DNA from: Nitrospirales bacterium
GTDB taxonomy: Bacteria; Nitrospirota; Nitrospiria; Nitrospirales; UBA8639
Assembly: GCA_963422365.1 (NCBI GenBank)
Contig: OY729426.1
Span: 1,280,001-1,344,000, forward strand
Length of the DNA stretch: 64,000 nucleotides
Direction: 5' to 3'
The notes beneath the pieces were generated by a model. That model saw only the letters and a list, made by a program, of their open reading frames with translations, was not told the DNA's origin and searched no databases. The position numbers and the translations under genes were made by a program. Positions 59,567 through 64,000 of the stretch are shown one piece after another (the stretch's first letter is position 1; every line of letters starts with the position of its first letter).

Positions 59567-60861
59567 GAGACGGTCTGAGCCAAAAACCTGTTGATCTTCC
59601 GATCGGCTTCTTGTGCTTCTTCTACAATATCCGTCTCTGGAAAAGCCAACACGCGACTAAAATACCGCTGAAGAATATGCGAAACTATTGGATACACCGG
59701 TGTGCGGGGGCGAGGTCGAGCGGTTCGAAACACCGGAAGCAACACGTTGTACTGGGGGTTGGCACGGAGGACCTCCGGGTCGGAATACAGCGCAAGGCGC
59801 GAAGGAGCCAATGAAGCATGGATCGCAAAATGTTTCTGCCGTTCGGGACTCGTCATAAACTCGATGAAGGCCCACGCTTCATCAGGATGTTGCGAATAGG
59901 CGCTGATGCCGTAAAGCCATCCGCCTAAGGCAGACACGCTCGTTCCTCCAGAGAAACGTGGAAGGGTGCTCACGCCAACCTTCCCCACGATTTTTGAATG
60001 ACGCGGATCATTCGCCAATCCCCACGCATATGGCCAGTTGCGATGAAACACCGCTTTTCCCTGGACGAACACGGCGAGGGACTCAGGCTCCTGATAGGTC
60101 AGCGCGGCAGGGGTCGCCAGTTGTTGAATGATCTGCTCTCGGACGAATTGCACCGCTTGCGTGGACTCAATCGCTGCCAAGTTCGAGCGCCTGCCGTCTT
60201 CAGTCAGAAACGAGCCATTGTGACTGCCCACAAACTCCAGCATGTCGCACACCAGCCCTTCATACTGCTTGAACTGACCGCTGTAGCCCCGCAAGGCAGG
60301 CTGCCTGTTTTGTTCTGCCTCGACGATCGTCTTGGCTTGTCGTACTAATTCCTCCCAGGTGTCCGGAGGCGAAAACCCATGTTTCTCCAACAAGTCCGTT
60401 CGATAGTAGAGCATGCCGCTGTCAATGCGAGAGGGCACGCCGTAGATGTGGCCCTGGTACGTGCCGGCTTCAATGGTCGCACTCAAGAACTTTCGACGTT
60501 CTGCAACGGGGAAATAATCGTCAAGAGGCAAGGCCCATCCCGCCGCGGCAAACTCCGCCGGCCAGATCACGTCCATGAAAAACAGGTCGAGCGAAGCGTC
60601 GCGGTTCTTCAACTTCTGCGTCAGTAAATCGTGGTAGGCCGTTGAGGAATGCGGCGCAATTTCCCGTTTGATGCGAATGTGTGGGTAGGCTTGCTCAAAC
60701 CGTTGAATTGCCTCGTCCCAGGTGTTGGGATGATCCGCGTTCCACGTGACGAAATGAAGAACGCGCGGGACAGGGTTGGTGTTGCGAGGTTCTCCGAACA
60801 AAGGGTCGTGAGCGAAGAACGTGAAGGTCAGCAGCAGGACGGATACGACCGGAAGTCTCAC
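59563..60861 (-). CDS. sugar ABC substrate-binding protein (trehalose/maltose-like)
   Basis: MDVIWPAEFA, YYRTDLL, QYEGL.C, RNWPYAW, LGGW, RP..P.Y. Confidence 0.88.
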   Translation of the reverse strand: MRLPVVSVLLLTFTFFAHDPLFGEPRNTNPVPRVLHFVTWNADHPNTWDEAIQRFEQAYPHIRIKREIAPHSSTAYHDLLTQKLKNRDASLDLFFMDVIWPAEFAAAGWALPLDDYFPVAERRKFLSATIEAGTYQGHIYGVPSRIDSGMLYYRTDLLEKHGFSPPDTWEELVRQAKTIVEAEQNRQPALRGYSGQFKQYEGLVCDMLEFVGSHNGSFLTEDGRRSNLAAIESTQAVQFVREQIIQQLATPAALTYQEPESLAVFVQGKAVFHRNWPYAWGLANDPRHSKIVGKVGVSTLPRFSGGTSVSALGGWLYGISAYSQHPDEAWAFIEFMTSPERQKHFAIHASLAPSRLALYSDPEVLRANPQYNVLLPVFRTARPRPRTPVYPIVSHILQRYFSRVLAFPETDIVEEAQEADRKINRFLAQTVS

Positions 60862-60975
60862 AGACGCGATTCGGTTGGAAGAGCATAGCGGCAGGAATGG
60901 ATGGTATGACTACCTGGTTTCGGCTTCGTCACCTTCGTCCTCGGTTTCCTGCTCCAACTCAGGTGATTCTTCATA

Positions 60976-62193
60976 TTAAGGTGTAAACTCTGTTCCCTCT
61001 GTCTCCGGACGAGCGTTCGGGTACAATCGCAACAGGTCCCATTTATTGATGGCATCCCGGACCTTATACCGCATCGTGCCTTTATAAGCTGCCCCACCTG
61101 CCTTTGCCTCCCGTTGTGGGGCATCCCATCCATAGGCCGTACTATGGATTCGTCTTAAGGTCTCGATCGTCTCATTCACATCTTCATCAGTCGGGGGCTC
61201 TAACTGGATATCCTCTTGTTCGAGGACCTTCATCCCCGTTTCCGCTCTGTCCGCAGCGACATCTTCTCCTTTTGACCGTAACCGTTGGGCTGCGTGGCGG
61301 CTGTCCTGCTTGCCGGAATCCCCTAAAATAGCTGTGGCAAAGTCGCTTGTCACCGTGCCAACAACGATAAGACCTGGGTATTGTTCAGCTTCGACCTTTC
61401 CCCACCAACGGGCAATCTCCGCGTAAGACCTGGCTCTCTGCAATACAGAATAAGAACCGACCAATTCGATCTCATCCAACAAGACAACCCAGCCTTTATA
61501 ACCGGCGCCCTTCATCAACTCTGTGGCAAAGCGTAAATGTTGAGGGGGTAATTCCTTCGCCTTCGGCGCTTTGAAGGAATAAGTAGGCGATTGATCTATT
61601 TGTCTGAGTCCCTTCCTCACGTCGGAAATCCTGATCTTTTCTCCTGACCAGAACGCTCTGATTTTGCTCGTAAGTTCAAAATCATTTGCCCTTTCATGAA
61701 CCGTCAGGGTTGTCGGGAATATGGGATGCAACCCGTTCTGTCCGGAATTGGCCCACTGAAAAAAACGGGCGTATGCCTTTGGCAAGTCTTCGAGTTTGAG
61801 TCCCAGTTCTTCCATGAGCCGCCCGGTTCGGTCCGGCACCCGACCGTGGTCTATTGCGGACTTGAAGACCTTGTCCATGTTATACAGAGGTGTCTCCTTA
61901 CTGATGGTGACTTTGCTGCACACAAAGCCTTGCGACAAGGCTTTGTGTGCCAGGTATGAGAGCAAATGAGACTTCCCTGTACCAAAATCTCCGGAGATCA
62001 ACATTCCCAATGAACCGGAAGGGGGATCATCGGAATCGACAGCTTTGGACAGCAGTTCTCTGAACCGACTTTCTGCTTGCGGTTGATTGCATCCTAGTAT
62101 CTTGACCGATTTTTCGTTAGGCACGCCATTGCGGAGTCCCTCCAAGGCACGTCTGCAAGTCAATGCGTCTTTTCCGTCTCTGTCAGTATTCAT
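60976..62193 (-). CDS. DUF2791/BrxD-like P-loop ATPase
   Basis: ALEGLRNGVP, Walker A GDFGTGKSH, SKETPL, Walker B VVLLDEIE. Confidence 0.8.
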   Translation of the reverse strand: MNTDRDGKDALTCRRALEGLRNGVPNEKSVKILGCNQPQAESRFRELLSKAVDSDDPPSGSLGMLISGDFGTGKSHLLSYLAHKALSQGFVCSKVTISKETPLYNMDKVFKSAIDHGRVPDRTGRLMEELGLKLEDLPKAYARFFQWANSGQNGLHPIFPTTLTVHERANDFELTSKIRAFWSGEKIRISDVRKGLRQIDQSPTYSFKAPKAKELPPQHLRFATELMKGAGYKGWVVLLDEIELVGSYSVLQRARSYAEIARWWGKVEAEQYPGLIVVGTVTSDFATAILGDSGKQDSRHAAQRLRSKGEDVAADRAETGMKVLEQEDIQLEPPTDEDVNETIETLRRIHSTAYGWDAPQREAKAGGAAYKGTMRYKVRDAINKWDLLRLYPNARPETEGTEFTP

Positions 62194-62209
62194 GGAGTCA
62201 ACCTTTTCT

Positions 62210-63166
62210 TCAAGATATTCGCACCAAAGACGCCAGGGGATTCACCAGGTTTTCATCCCGGACTTCATCCATGACCCTTGTCCTGAGGGCCTGATACATT
62301 CCAAACCCTCTGGAACGGGCGTCGGGGTCAGGGAATGTACGGTCAGTCATGATGAGCAGCAACGCTCCGGTCAATTGGTCTGTTCCATCAATGAACTCTC
62401 TCAAAAGCTCATAGTGGTCCATGACCATTGCTTTTGTGTAGTATCTCAGACCGTCTTTCGGATTTTGGGTAAACGCCATGCGGGAGTTGTCGAGCAATAC
62501 CACAGTTCCCTTCGATCCTGCGTGTCGGAACCAGAAGAAGGCCGATTCAATGAAATGCCTCGCAGTGACGCGGTTTATCGCGGTATTGATGAAAAACGAT
62601 TTTACATTGCTCACTCTCGTATTCTTTCCTGTGAGCCAATCAATCAACGGGTGACCTCCATATTGGTCCGGACGACTGTTCTCGCACATGCAAAGGTGGG
62701 TCATAGCGACTCTGAAATCTTTAGCCATACGGTATTCTTTGGAGACCTCGGCTTCTATTTTTGGTCTCAATTGCTGAAGCACAAATTGCGAGCCGTGGTT
62801 GTTTGCCTTTGCTACAGCTTCAAAAATGTTATCAGCCTGTCCGGGGTTGATGTCATTAACCTGATAGCCGTCCTCTTCGGCCAAACGCACAATCAGGCGT
62901 CGAGCCAACCGCCGCCAATCTACCTGCTGGGCTATCCCGAAAAAAATATTCTGCGGCATATGGACTCTGGTCTTTGCCGCGTCAAGTTTCACGACCGTGT
63001 AATCCAGGGCTCTGCACCGGCTCTCTACCGCTTCACGTAGCGCCGGTTTCCGGCTTTCCGGCGTCACGGCAAACTTGATGGACGCACCGCCCTCTGGGAT
63101 AAAAGCCGACAAGTATTCGTCATCAAGAACTTTGAGCCAATCGTGAAGCGGTATTTCATTCGCCAT
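62210..63166 (-). CDS. DUF2791-like protein with degenerate Walker A
   Basis: GGASIKFAV without GxxGxGK; LIDWLTG, G..GTVVLLD, LREFID, YQAL..R. Confidence 0.65.
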   Translation of the reverse strand: MANEIPLHDWLKVLDDEYLSAFIPEGGASIKFAVTPESRKPALREAVESRCRALDYTVVKLDAAKTRVHMPQNIFFGIAQQVDWRRLARRLIVRLAEEDGYQVNDINPGQADNIFEAVAKANNHGSQFVLQQLRPKIEAEVSKEYRMAKDFRVAMTHLCMCENSRPDQYGGHPLIDWLTGKNTRVSNVKSFFINTAINRVTARHFIESAFFWFRHAGSKGTVVLLDNSRMAFTQNPKDGLRYYTKAMVMDHYELLREFIDGTDQLTGALLLIMTDRTFPDPDARSRGFGMYQALRTRVMDEVRDENLVNPLASLVRIS

Positions 63167-63993
63167 TATTCACCTCTTGAAAACTGGATTCCGTAATACG
63201 GCATAAGCTGATCGTCCGGACCTACAAACTGGAAGGTGTCACGGGCTCTTTTCGCGCCTGTTGAAGACGGGAAGGATACACGCGATCCTTTCTTGGTGCG
63301 GGATGGACCACTCGCGTCCAAGGAATAAATGTCCCTGGTAAAATCCACACGGTCATAGTCACGCTTACTTCCAGGCAAAGGGGTCAATGCCTTATACACT
63401 TCAACCAAAGGCACGACAGGACCATATCCGTCGTTGATTAAACGTGCAGAAAGCTCTTCTCTCGATATGAGTGTGTACACCCAGTGCAATGTCTCCAGGA
63501 AATCATCCGACTTGAATCGGGGCGGTTTTTTCTGGCTTTTAACCAGGTCCTCTACCATGCGGGATGGCCTTAAGGTCGGCACTTTCTTCCTGTCGATTCT
63601 CACGGCTCGATCCCTGGGCAGGACTTCAACTATAGATGGATGAGCAATCAATTTGCCATCTCTTTCATGGATGGTCAGGCCTTTTTCTTTGGCGACATTA
63701 CAAAGCTCAGAGGCATAGTGTTTTTCGAGATATTCTTCTTCTTCCTCGTCCTTGAAAGGCCAAGCTTGCACAGCATTTGCCACCTCTTGTCGTAGAGAAC
63801 CCAGCGCAGTCTCAAGGCGTTGACGCCCTTTTTTGATTTCGTTGATCTTCCCGTCCTTAGCTGCCTTCTGCAATCTTTTGGCCTGCTTCTTCAAGTCTTC
63901 GGCAGATTGTACCGTCGAAGCTGCGGCTTGTTCCGTCTCGCTGAACGCCCGTTCAAAGTCGATCACGATGCGTCCTTCACTTTCGTTCATCAT
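63166..63993 (-). CDS. hypothetical protein with N-terminal coiled coil, coupled to the DUF2791 genes
   Basis: TAATG overlap with the next gene; helical N-terminus. Confidence 0.7.
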   Translation of the reverse strand: MMNESEGRIVIDFERAFSETEQAAASTVQSAEDLKKQAKRLQKAAKDGKINEIKKGRQRLETALGSLRQEVANAVQAWPFKDEEEEEYLEKHYASELCNVAKEKGLTIHERDGKLIAHPSIVEVLPRDRAVRIDRKKVPTLRPSRMVEDLVKSQKKPPRFKSDDFLETLHWVYTLISREELSARLINDGYGPVVPLVEVYKALTPLPGSKRDYDRVDFTRDIYSLDASGPSRTKKGSRVSFPSSTGAKRARDTFQFVGPDDQLMPYYGIQFSRGE

Positions 63994-64000
63994 TTTGATC

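Noticed and set aside
1..64000. tRNA, rRNA or known riboswitch genes
   Set aside because: None recognised by eye; a tRNAscan-SE or Infernal run would be needed to exclude them.

Overview
Bacterial chromosomal window, most likely Nitrospirota/Nitrospirales. This is inferred from the Rho N-terminus, the rho-rpmE-prfA-prmC-murA-his-dnaG-rpoD order and several conserved hypotheticals. No rRNA, tRNA or cas genes were seen. Housekeeping blocks are mutM-phoH-ybeY-ftsY, a lipid A modification cluster, tatA/tatB with an AlgE-like porin, yajQ, cstA, rho to rpoD, and a sugar ABC transporter. They are interleaved with accessory and defence DNA: VapBC, a decayed Panacea TA region, an orphan HicB, a PHP-ABC-ATPase plus Schlafen/AlbA_2 operon, an HNH nuclease with an RHH-fused DNA methyltransferase, and a three-gene module with tandem DUF2791/BrxD-like ATPases at the right edge. 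A frameshifted REP-associated tyrosine transposase (RAYT) sits among many GTAG-type REP palindromes, which I found only in the first ~33.4 kb and often exactly at accessory-gene borders. The most striking signal is a perfect 36-bp duplication of coding sequence around a 35-bp unrelated insert inside the Panacea gene. It has the geometry of an off-target Cas1-Cas2 spacer integration (a one-spacer neo-CRISPR). Several genes carry single indels or nonsense codons, reflecting decay and/or sequencing error. All family assignments come from motif recognition by eye, not from database searches.
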